Assembly (NCBI GenBank): GCA_030650025.1
Contig: JAUSEN010000007.1
Location: 9,472 to 73,471, forward strand
Source: Candidatus Magasanikiibacteriota bacterium
Lineage (GTDB): Bacteria; Patescibacteriota; Patescibacteriia; Magasanikbacterales; GWA2-37-8
Direction: 5' to 3'
DNA: 64,000 bases
A program made the translations under genes and the position numbers. Of this stretch, positions 28,577 to 37,317 are shown in pieces (within the stretch, counting starts at the first letter, position 1; each line of letters begins with the position of its first letter). The notes under the pieces are model-generated. The model was not told the origin of the DNA. It ran no database searches and saw nothing but the letters and a program-made list of their open reading frames with translations.

Positions 28577-29383
28577 TTGGCGAGGCTTTTCAGGAAAGCG
28601 CCAGAGAAAACGCCCGGTATGTATGTATACATTTACGACAATTGGCTCCGCGCAAAAAAATTTGCGTCCACGGTTAAAGCGATGGAAATTCGTTTAACCG
28701 ATTTTGGCATTGCCGGCAAAATAGTGCGTCTCCAAAATTACACGGACGCGAAAGCGCTGATTGATGACGAGGTGCGCCGCGGCGCCAAAACTATCGTGGT
28801 GGTGGGGAATGATAAAACTTTTGGCCAAATTTTGTCTGGGGCCGCGACGGCGGGCTGTATTTTTGGCTTTTTGCCGGTGGGCGGAGATAACACGATTGCC
28901 GAAGTTTTAGGCATACCCATTGGGGCGGATGCCTGCACCGTGCTGTCGCGGCGGCGCATAGAAAAGCTCGATATTGGCTGGGTCAATAACCGCTATTTTG
29001 TTTCGCAATTAAAGGCCGGCCCGGGGCAGTTGGAAGTTTTTTATGATGAGCGTTTTCGAGTCACCGGCCAAAATTTATTAGAGGTGGTAGTGTGCAATTT
29101 ACAGCCCTGGTTTTGGAAGCGGAATAGCCAAGATCGGAATTTTGAGGTCGTGCATCCGCAAGACGGAAAATTGGAAGCCTGGCTCCGGCCCTTGACAAGG
29201 AAGCGTTTCTGGGGCTATTCTTACGAAGATCCGAGTATTTTTCCATTTTCGGAAATGGAGATTAAAAGCCAGGAGCCGTTTACCGTCGAGGCGGACGGGA
29301 AAATTACTAAAGAGATTCGCATTAAAATAAAGCTAGCGCCCGAGAGAGTCAACATGATAGTAGGAAGGGATCGGAAGTTTTAA
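28577..29383 (+). CDS. Diacylglycerol/lipid kinase catalytic-domain protein (YegS/BmrU-like); start uncertain
   Basis: DAGK_cat signature TIVVVGNDKTFGQ...LPVGGDNT. Confidence 0.55.
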   Translation: MARLFRKAPEKTPGMYVYIYDNWLRAKKFASTVKAMEIRLTDFGIAGKIVRLQNYTDAKALIDDEVRRGAKTIVVVGNDKTFGQILSGAATAGCIFGFLPVGGDNTIAEVLGIPIGADACTVLSRRRIEKLDIGWVNNRYFVSQLKAGPGQLEVFYDERFRVTGQNLLEVVVCNLQPWFWKRNSQDRNFEVVHPQDGKLEAWLRPLTRKRFWGYSYEDPSIFPFSEMEIKSQEPFTVEADGKITKEIRIKIKLAPERVNMIVGRDRKF

Positions 29384-29387
29384 AAAT

Positions 29388-29471
29388 GCCCAGGTGGCGA
29401 AATTGGTAGACGCACTACCTTGAGGTGGTAGCTCCCGCAAGGGAATGGAAGTTCGAATCTTCTCCTGGGCA
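29388..29471 (+). tRNA. tRNA-Leu (anticodon GAG)
   Basis: Cloverleaf traced: acceptor GCCCAGG/CCTGGGC, anticodon stem CTACC/GGTAG with loop TTGAGGT, long variable arm and T-loop TTCGAAT. No CCA is encoded. Confidence 0.85.
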
Positions 29472-29612
29472 CGAAAAAGAAACGAAATCTTTTTCTGGTT
29501 TTTTTGGTTGGTAGTACAGGAAGCCGCGGTATACGCCGAGCTCCCTGGTTCGGACAGCTTTTGACGTCATACTTTTCCGCGCTACGTCCGTAATATTGCT
29601 AGAGAAAAGTGA

Positions 29613-29642
29613 TTGACAGTGCGCGCTAATTTGTGAGATACT
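29613..29642 (+). promoter_or_regulatory. Sigma70-like promoter TTGACA-N18-GATACT
   Basis: TTGACAgtgcgcgctaatttgtgaGATACT. There is no CDS downstream before the terminator at 29736. Confidence 0.4.
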
Positions 29643-29735
29643 AACTTTGCGCCGTTATCTCAAAATATATCTTCTCACTTATTGTTGGCTATGTCGCTTT
29701 TATTACCACATTACAACAGCGTTGTCTTAATGCCC

Positions 29736-29768
29736 AACTCCTCATCAAATGAGGAGTTTTTTATTTCA
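29736..29768 (+). terminator. Rho-independent terminator
   Basis: AACTCCTCAT-caaa-TGAGGAGTT followed by TTTTTATTT. Confidence 0.75.
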
Positions 29769-29887
29769 CCAGAGTTATCAACATGGCCGTGTTGACACGT
29801 TTTGTTTCCCCGTGCTATGTTTACTGTTAAGTAACATTTTAAAGGTATATTATTTAGTTTATATTTTCAATCAATTTATCAAATCAT

Positions 29888-32800
29888 ATGTTTTATCGCC
29901 GGTTCCAAAAAATACTTATTTCTATAGTAGCCCTGCAAATGATTATTATGCCGGTCGTTCCGGCGTTAGCAGATGAGATCACGTCAACCGGCACTTCCAC
30001 TCCGCCCGCTTTAGCCCCAGCAGAACCACCCAAAAAAGATGATTCGCCCTTTTCGGCCCGCCAACTTATGCGCGAGTACCAGTCGTTTATTAGCGCTGAA
30101 AAAAATAAAAATAATTCCGCCGCCAAAGTTGCCTTAGCCGGCAAATTAGACGCTTTGATGGAGAGTGAGAGTAAAAGTTTAAGCGCGCTCGGCGTCGATG
30201 CCGAACGCCAGGCGCGATATTTTGGCCAACTCCAAACCATGGCGGAAATTTTAGACCCGGCGCGCCAGAGTTTTGTAGACAAAAAAGTTGGCGATCTTAA
30301 GGCCTGGCTGGGCCTCAAAAAACCCGACCAGTCAACGGACGAAGCAAACCGTCCGGATATTGTCATACCCGCAAAACCAGCCAGTTTTAGATTCAACAAC
30401 GCGCCCATTGAACTGAACAAAATTAAACTGGGGGAGTATCCATCTATGGCCAAACGGTTATCGCTCCGCGCGCGGGTTCGCGATATATTTTCCATTGACC
30501 AAGCGCTGGCCGGCCCGCTCACTCTGCCCGTGCTGGCAGATGTAGAGCCGGATGGAGCGCAGGTGGTTAGCGCGGCGCAATTTACCGATCTGGCCCAATC
30601 GCTCCACAACAACCCGCTGGAAATATACAACTACGTCCGCCAGACCATTTCCTACGAAGCCTATTACGGCGCTAAAAAAGGCGCGCTCGGCTGTTTTAGA
30701 GAAAAATTTTGCAATGATGCGGACGCCAGTTCACTCCTAATCGCCCTTTTGCGCGCGGCCGGTATTCCGGCCCGCTATGTAAAAGGCGTGGCCGTACTGC
30801 CGGTAGAAACCGCCCGCCAGCTCGTGGGCGTGGACGAAACCAAAACCGCCTACGCCGCCCTGTACGCCAACCGCGTGCCGGTGTTTTTAGTGTCCGGCAA
30901 CAATGTGGGGCCCAATTACGATCAGGCTGATTTTTCTCAAGAAAAATACTTTGGCGTGGAGTGGGTGAGCGTGGAAGCCTTTTATGATTACGATGAACGA
31001 GGCGGCAATATCAACAACACGTTAAACCTCTCTACGGCCACCACCACTGAATCGCTCCAGGCCATTCTCCAACAGGCCAGCCCCGAAAAGCAGTGGATTC
31101 CACTTGACCCAATGGTTCAACCGTCCGTTCGCACGGTAAACGAAATCGTGGCCGATACCGCCCAATTTAATTCGCAAACATTTTGGAATGATTACCTTAA
31201 ATATCAAGGTCCGCTTTCGCCTCTCAACAAATACGCGGCGGATTTAAAAAACCAAACCAACAAAGATATTTTCTCCGACCAGTTCCAGTCCAGCGCCGCG
31301 CCCCAGTTTAGCGCCGCGCGCCTGCTACCTGCCACCTTGCCCTATAATTTTACCAGCGGCCTTAAAGATGGCGATTTGCCGATTGCCAAAGAATACTGGT
31401 CAATTCTGCCAAACGACCGCCAAGAAAAAGTTATTATTACGCTTAAGCGCGCCGGGAATAATGAAGCAGTGATAACGCATACCTTTTTAGCCAGCGAGGC
31501 CAACAACCAGCCGATTGATTTGTCTTACGCCGGTGCTACTCCGGATGACCAGGCGGTGATTGATGGCTACGGCGGCCTGGCCTACACTCCGGCCGCGTTG
31601 GTAGATATTTTGCCATCTTTCACCCTCGCCAACACTACGGTGCCGGGCAACATCAAGATGGCGATCGGGGATTCGCTCATTATGCAGTTTGAATATCAGA
31701 GCAACGGCCAAACGATTGAAACCAACCAAAAATTTTCCGTGGCCGGCAATGCCGAAGGTATTTATATGGCCTTTTCGCAAATCGTGCCCGACCCCTCGCT
31801 CGTAAACAATAGCCAAATTTTATTCGCCGGCAACGCGGCCATCGCCCGGGCCTATCTCAATCGTCTGGCGGCCGACAACGCGGTTCTGGCCAAATCGCTG
31901 GATTATCAGCTCAACACCGAGTTTGCGCGCGCCGTGGTTACGCAAAATCGCGTGCTCTCTAAAGTTAATGACATTCCCACCACCTTTGATTTTAAAGGCC
32001 TAACGATTGACGCGGGCGCGGTTATTAATGACTATTCGCGCCGCGGCAATTACAAAAATCATCGCCTAGATTTCCGCTTGCTTTCCGGCCAAAACGCCTC
32101 GTACTACGAAGGCCAGCTTTTCACCGATCTCGCGGGCTTAAACGGTATTTCTACCATCAAAGGCTTGCAATACGCCTACGCCAACCCCAACGACTATACC
32201 GTGCACACCATCACCAAGGCCAACGAGGCCGACATTGACGCGTTACAGCTCTCGGACAACACTAAACAAAACCTGCACAGCGAAGTGGCCAAAGGCAACA
32301 CTATCACCACGCCCAACAAACCCATTGCCAAGGGCGCGTTTACCGGTATTGTCTACACCAGCATCGCGCCAAACGGCACCGGCCTCTATGCCATTGGCGA
32401 GCAGGTGGCGAATGGGGGGTGGACCGTGAACCCGGTTGTGCTGGCGCAACTGCAGAGCGATGTTGATAACAGCGTACTAGAGAGTTTTCAGGTGGATGAT
32501 GGCAACAATACTTTTGTGTACCGGGATAAATTATCAGGCAGTATTGATTGTCGTATCAACAGCAATACTTTCGGACGCATTTTGGCCAATAAGGATAAGG
32601 CTGGCCAGCCGATTCCGGCTGGCGAGGCAGAATGGAAAACCCGCTATGGCTGGCCGTGCGTTGATGATAATGAGAACGGGCCATATAAGTTTGGAGATTA
32701 TGAGCATGATTTTTTGGTAGCTACTGATGGGGCCAAGTTCACCAGTCCGGGGAGGTATGAATACTGGGTTAATGATACTGCGGTTGAAAATCTTTTTAAG

Positions 32801-34336
32801 ACAAAATTTGACTTTAATAACGGTAATTATTCATTGCGAAATGTTCGTACATATTGGGGTACGTATATTTATAAAGAGAATTGGGAAACTCACAACTTGC
32901 GTGAGTTAGGCGTATATAATCCAGAGCACCGCAAGGTATATGAAATGCCGATTTTTAGGAATGGAGAAAAATACTTATCGGCGGATAAAATTGAAGGTAA
33001 ATTCGTGCCGGAATTGATTGGTTATCCAATGAGCGAAAATAAGACGGCGGCTCTTTCCCCAAACGGTACCGACGGCTACTATCAGCAATTTACCAACGGC
33101 ACTATGTATACCAGGCCATCTCTTTCAACGTTTTGGAAGTCACTGGTGGTCTATGGTAAATGGAACGATATCCATAACCAGCAGGGCGGTACGGGCGGTA
33201 TAGGTTTCCCGGATAGTGATACTTTTTTTGATCAGCCATATAATGCGATTATTCAGAAATTCGAGAAAAAGATTTGTTATGACAAGAATGGAATTATTTG
33301 CGAAAATAGAATTTGGAAAGCAGATTTTCAGAGAGGATTGGATTCGTTTTATGACTCTTTCCAATTAATGAGTGTTGCCTATACCATATATAAAAATAAT
33401 GTCATGCAAGAAAGTTACGCGCAATTTTTGGTCGCAGTAGATTTAGCCAATGATACTCGGGAGGAAAGAAAGAACCTGTGTTATCTTTACAATGCTGAAT
33501 ATTCTCAACCCCTCTTTCTCTACCCCGCTCTCTATGCGGACGCGCAATGCGTTTTTCCCAAAAGCTTGGCTTATTACCAATCTAAGAAAGCGGATGCGCA
33601 GAATAAAATTAACGACCTCGGTCAAAAAACTACCGCCAGTGTTCAACAAGCTGAACAACTACACCTTTCGTTGGTGAGCCAGGTAGAAAATGGCGTTCAG
33701 ACTCCGTTTGAGTGGCTCGGTTTTATGGTGGTGGACTTGGGGACAGTGGTAGTTGGTCCCGCCTCCAAACTGGGTGTCAACGCCGCGAAACAGGTCGCTT
33801 TGAAAATGACCGCACGCTATGGCGCGGAAATTATGTCGGCGCGGATTAATCGTGCGCTTCTAATGAAGGCCACGAAGAAAGCGGCTGAAAGAGAGCTGGC
33901 ACAGCAGGGCGCCGCCGCCACCGAGTCGGCGCTGGAGGTACGATTGGAAAGAGCGGTATTAGGAGAGTTAAAGGGGGCGGGATTGGCTTATGTTGAACGG
34001 CGAGGTATAAAAGTGCCGATGGATTTGGCAAAACAGTTGCCTGGGAAGTGGTATAAATCAACTTCTTCTGATGTCGTGGATAGTTTTGCGAAACATTGGC
34101 AGAAACACGGAGTATTAGAGATGGAAAAGAAAAAATTGCCTCTTAAGACAATCCAAGAGTATTTTGATGATTCGAAGAATTTTTATAATCAGTATAAAGG
34201 ATTAAAAACTTCTGTAACACTTGACGATTTGACCGAAGGTATATTAATTAGACAGCCAGGGCAACCGGGCGGCTATTTTACCGGTCCCGGTCATCCGATG
34301 GGTGAAGGGCTAGCGGTTACTTTTTGGTATTTCTAG
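29888..34336 (+). CDS. Giant secreted protein (1482 aa) with a transglutaminase-like cysteine protease core
   Basis: N-terminal signal/anchor MFYRRFQKILISIVALQMIIMPVVPALA. Transglutaminase-like core GALGCFREKFCNDADASSLLIALLRAAGIPARYVKG. The start is in the AAATCATATG context. Confidence 0.6.
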   Translation: MFYRRFQKILISIVALQMIIMPVVPALADEITSTGTSTPPALAPAEPPKKDDSPFSARQLMREYQSFISAEKNKNNSAAKVALAGKLDALMESESKSLSALGVDAERQARYFGQLQTMAEILDPARQSFVDKKVGDLKAWLGLKKPDQSTDEANRPDIVIPAKPASFRFNNAPIELNKIKLGEYPSMAKRLSLRARVRDIFSIDQALAGPLTLPVLADVEPDGAQVVSAAQFTDLAQSLHNNPLEIYNYVRQTISYEAYYGAKKGALGCFREKFCNDADASSLLIALLRAAGIPARYVKGVAVLPVETARQLVGVDETKTAYAALYANRVPVFLVSGNNVGPNYDQADFSQEKYFGVEWVSVEAFYDYDERGGNINNTLNLSTATTTESLQAILQQASPEKQWIPLDPMVQPSVRTVNEIVADTAQFNSQTFWNDYLKYQGPLSPLNKYAADLKNQTNKDIFSDQFQSSAAPQFSAARLLPATLPYNFTSGLKDGDLPIAKEYWSILPNDRQEKVIITLKRAGNNEAVITHTFLASEANNQPIDLSYAGATPDDQAVIDGYGGLAYTPAALVDILPSFTLANTTVPGNIKMAIGDSLIMQFEYQSNGQTIETNQKFSVAGNAEGIYMAFSQIVPDPSLVNNSQILFAGNAAIARAYLNRLAADNAVLAKSLDYQLNTEFARAVVTQNRVLSKVNDIPTTFDFKGLTIDAGAVINDYSRRGNYKNHRLDFRLLSGQNASYYEGQLFTDLAGLNGISTIKGLQYAYANPNDYTVHTITKANEADIDALQLSDNTKQNLHSEVAKGNTITTPNKPIAKGAFTGIVYTSIAPNGTGLYAIGEQVANGGWTVNPVVLAQLQSDVDNSVLESFQVDDGNNTFVYRDKLSGSIDCRINSNTFGRILANKDKAGQPIPAGEAEWKTRYGWPCVDDNENGPYKFGDYEHDFLVATDGAKFTSPGRYEYWVNDTAVENLFKTKFDFNNGNYSLRNVRTYWGTYIYKENWETHNLRELGVYNPEHRKVYEMPIFRNGEKYLSADKIEGKFVPELIGYPMSENKTAALSPNGTDGYYQQFTNGTMYTRPSLSTFWKSLVVYGKWNDIHNQQGGTGGIGFPDSDTFFDQPYNAIIQKFEKKICYDKNGIICENRIWKADFQRGLDSFYDSFQLMSVAYTIYKNNVMQESYAQFLVAVDLANDTREERKNLCYLYNAEYSQPLFLYPALYADAQCVFPKSLAYYQSKKADAQNKINDLGQKTTASVQQAEQLHLSLVSQVENGVQTPFEWLGFMVVDLGTVVVGPASKLGVNAAKQVALKMTARYGAEIMSARINRALLMKATKKAAERELAQQGAAATESALEVRLERAVLGELKGAGLAYVERRGIKVPMDLAKQLPGKWYKSTSSDVVDSFAKHWQKHGVLEMEKKKLPLKTIQEYFDDSKNFYNQYKGLKTSVTLDDLTEGILIRQPGQPGGYFTGPGHPMGEGLAVTFWYF

Positions 34337-34416
34337 AAAAATATGTATTTTAAATGGGTTTATAAAATAAAAAATGACGACAGAAATCACAGGACGAATT
34401 AATTTTTTCCATTGTT

Positions 34417-35400
34417 ATGGTTGTATTGGATGAAATCAGTGAACCAATTAGCTTAGGCCACGACTATGATTTAATAGATGGTCATGTTGTATTTGATAGA
34501 GCAGTCGGTGTGCTGGGTGCAGATGTTGAATCATTCCAAGACATAGGTGGCCGTTATGGGAAAGACAAACAAATGGTTTATTACATGGCAGAACCAGTGC
34601 TGATAATTGATGCAAAAACAGTCGTCTATTTGGGCGATGGCTATATAAAAGATAAGAGACAAGTCTATTGGTGTGCCGAATCTATCCCTGGAGCCGATCC
34701 GGGAAGTTTTGTAGTTTTAGATTATGGATACTATGCGAAAGATAAGAATAATATTTATTATGGGCGTGAGATTATTGCTAATGCGGATCGGAAAAGTTTT
34801 GTGGTTTTAAATTTTGATTATGCAAAAGATGTAAATTACGGATATTATCATTCTGAACGTTTTAATGTAGCCGAGGATTTTACTGCATTAAAACATACAA
34901 ATTACGCTAAAGACAAACATTCAGTTTTTTATTGTACTCAACCTATCCCTGGAGCCGATCCGGAAAGCTTTGTTAACATTGATTATGAAAAATACGCCAA
35001 AGATAAACAGTCTGTTTACTATCGCGGTCAACCTATCCCTGGAGCCGATCCGGGAAGTTTTGTTGTTCTTAAACATGATAATTATGCTAAGGATAAAGAT
35101 AAAATTTATTTTGATGGTAAAATTATTGAAAATTGCGATTATAGAAGTTTTATAATTTTGTCACCTTGTTATGCTAAAGATGAAAAGTCGGTCTTTTATG
35201 GTAACAAATCAATCGCCGGTGCTCACGTTAAAAGCTTTAAATTGATTGACGGTAATTATTATTATGCCAGAGATAAGAGGGCAATTTATTATGACGGCGA
35301 TGCGATTGTAGGTGCAGATTATGGAAGTTTTTATGTGAGAGGCGTTACATCTGCATACGATAAATTCGGTAAATTTGATCGGGGAAATAGAATAACTTAA
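34417..35400 (+). CDS. DKNYY-repeat family protein
   Basis: At least 8 repeats of YAKDK(N/Q/D)xxYY.G..I.GADP.SFxxL. The region is AT-rich. Confidence 0.6.
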   Translation: MVVLDEISEPISLGHDYDLIDGHVVFDRAVGVLGADVESFQDIGGRYGKDKQMVYYMAEPVLIIDAKTVVYLGDGYIKDKRQVYWCAESIPGADPGSFVVLDYGYYAKDKNNIYYGREIIANADRKSFVVLNFDYAKDVNYGYYHSERFNVAEDFTALKHTNYAKDKHSVFYCTQPIPGADPESFVNIDYEKYAKDKQSVYYRGQPIPGADPGSFVVLKHDNYAKDKDKIYFDGKIIENCDYRSFIILSPCYAKDEKSVFYGNKSIAGAHVKSFKLIDGNYYYARDKRAIYYDGDAIVGADYGSFYVRGVTSAYDKFGKFDRGNRIT

Positions 35401-35428
35401 AATTATCCAGCATGGTATTAATAAAAAT

Positions 35429-35710
35429 ATGTCTGACCTTGGCCTTATTGGAGTTGAGGAATTGGTGAAACATTATAATAAATATAAGGTAAATCAAATT
35501 GTGTTGGATAAAATTATTAATGAAGAAGCCCTTGGTTTGGTACAAAATGAAGGCAAGCAAGCATTCGTGAAGTCTGGTCTAAATCGTATGGTCGATTATA
35601 TTGTTGAAGCGACAGGTAGAAACGTGCAGCAAATCAATGTGGGGGATATCGTATTAGACCCAAATTACGGCTCTGGTAAATATTTTAATGTTACTTATAT
35701 TTTAAAGTAG
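35429..35710 (+). CDS. Hypothetical small protein that shares a motif with the next gene
   Basis: DLGLIGVEELVKHYNKYK recurs as DFGLIGVEEFIKHYDKYK inside the 254-aa neighbour. Very AT-rich. Confidence 0.4.
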   Translation: MSDLGLIGVEELVKHYNKYKVNQIVLDKIINEEALGLVQNEGKQAFVKSGLNRMVDYIVEATGRNVQQINVGDIVLDPNYGSGKYFNVTYILK

Positions 35711-35712
35711 TT

Positions 35713-36477
35713 ATGTTGCATACGTTATCAGTTGTTGAGCTTTTAAATAGCTTTAATTCAATAAGTAAAAAAAAGATTTACAAAAATCAATATGTCGCCA
35801 TAAAAGGATTCATGCACGGTGAGTATTTATTTAATTCAGAAAAGGATTGGCAAGAAAAGACCGAAAATTATATCAGATTCAGTCATCGCGTTAGAGGTGG
35901 GATATTACGAAAGTTATTTAAGAAGAAGTTATTAGATGATATGAGTGGCGATGTTGTAATAATAGGCAAAATCATTCGATATACATATACAGAAATTGAT
36001 CATGTGGTGGCTGGAAAATTATTAAATAAATCTGGAGAAGAAATTAACTTTGTACAATTAGAAAAAGAAAACATGCCTCTTATGTTGCGAGATAAAAATT
36101 TGTTTGATTTTGGCCTTATTGGAGTTGAGGAATTCATCAAGCACTATGATAAATATAAGAGATGTTATGTTTATTTAGAAGGATACTATGAAAATTATTT
36201 AATATATCCTACAGAAAAGAAAAAAGAGGTTGGTGGGGTCAGTGTTGATAGGGATATACATTTCCATTCCAGTATAGATTATTTTTTAAAAAAGATGGCA
36301 ACGCAGTCTTATACTGGAAGGATTCGTATTGTGGGTAAAGCGGGGGTTGCAATGACAAACGTTAAAAATATAGGGCAGATTCTTAAAGTTGAATTGGTGG
36401 ATGATAAAGGAAATATAATAAATAGCGCAAAAATCAACGAAAATTCGATACCAAAAGAGTTGAGGCATATTATTTAG
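35713..36477 (+). CDS. Hypothetical protein, paralogous segment to 35429..35710
   Basis: Contains the LIGVEE.IKHY.KYK motif mid-protein. Very AT-rich, with no known domain recognised. Confidence 0.4.
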   Translation: MLHTLSVVELLNSFNSISKKKIYKNQYVAIKGFMHGEYLFNSEKDWQEKTENYIRFSHRVRGGILRKLFKKKLLDDMSGDVVIIGKIIRYTYTEIDHVVAGKLLNKSGEEINFVQLEKENMPLMLRDKNLFDFGLIGVEEFIKHYDKYKRCYVYLEGYYENYLIYPTEKKKEVGGVSVDRDIHFHSSIDYFLKKMATQSYTGRIRIVGKAGVAMTNVKNIGQILKVELVDDKGNIINSAKINENSIPKELRHII

Positions 36478-36554
36478 ATGCCTGATAAATATGATGGAGA
36501 TGGATAATCATTAAAACAGGAAGATTAATTTTACTACTATTTAAACCCAACCAT

Positions 36555-37280
36555 ATGTCCACCAAAAAACTCCTCGTCCTCGCCTTGCCTGCTTTATGTT
36601 CGGCCATATTTTTAATAGGCGGCACAGCGCAAGCCGAAACAGTTAGTTCTTCGGTGGCTGGCTTTAGCCTAAAAGCCGGCACTTCCGACCCGGTGATCAG
36701 GAATATTACCATTACTAACCCGCCAGTTTCTGTTTCTGGGACTATTTCCGGGACTATTATTGTAGGCAATGTTTTTGGATTTCGCAGTCCATCGTATACT
36801 GCTACTGCTCCGGCTATCATCTCGGCGACGGCTACTACTCGCGGCTCTTCGGCTACCACCGCCGATATTTCCATTGGCGTTATCGCGCCTGTCGGTTCGT
36901 CTGTCGCCGGGAGCAATGTCATTATTATTAACCCCGCTACGATTCCGGCTACCTCTGCCACTGCGCCAAACCATCAACCGGCCCCGGTGGTATTACTCGC
37001 GCCAGCCCGCCAAGATACCCTGGCTGAAGTCGCCAAACCACAATCTTCGGCTGTCTCCTCGGCGTTAGTGGTTGAGCCAACCGCGGCCGAGCAAGCCGAA
37101 ATTGCCGCCTGGTTTGAAGATAAAAAACCGGTTGAAAAGAAGATAATAAAAAAGACAATTAAAAAAACCGTCGCCACTAAAAAAATTATCGCCGCTAAAA
37201 AAGTTGTTAAGAAAAAAACCGTAAAAATTATCAAACAGTCGGTTGTTAAAGTCAAGAAAAATTCCGCGCCAGCCAGATAA
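36555..37280 (+). CDS. Secreted Ser/Thr/Ala-rich protein with a Lys-rich (histone-H1-like) C-terminal tail
   Basis: Signal peptide MSTKKLLVLALPALCSAIFLIGGTAQA. C-terminus KKPVEKKIIKKTIKKTVATKKIIAAKKVVKKKTVKIIKQSVVKVKKNSA. Antisense ORFs across it are GC-skew artefacts. Confidence 0.45.
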   Translation: MSTKKLLVLALPALCSAIFLIGGTAQAETVSSSVAGFSLKAGTSDPVIRNITITNPPVSVSGTISGTIIVGNVFGFRSPSYTATAPAIISATATTRGSSATTADISIGVIAPVGSSVAGSNVIIINPATIPATSATAPNHQPAPVVLLAPARQDTLAEVAKPQSSAVSSALVVEPTAAEQAEIAAWFEDKKPVEKKIIKKTIKKTVATKKIIAAKKVVKKKTVKIIKQSVVKVKKNSAPAR

Positions 37281-37317
37281 AAGAATAACAAAATTTTAAT
37301 CCTTGGCAATAAATTGT

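Noticed and set aside
29660-29765. 34-aa ORF (MSLLLPHYNSVVLMPNSSSNEEFFISPELSTWPC) inside the orphan promoter-terminator unit
   Set aside because: It reads straight through the terminator hairpin and has no RBS and no conservation signal. The unit is more plausibly non-coding.
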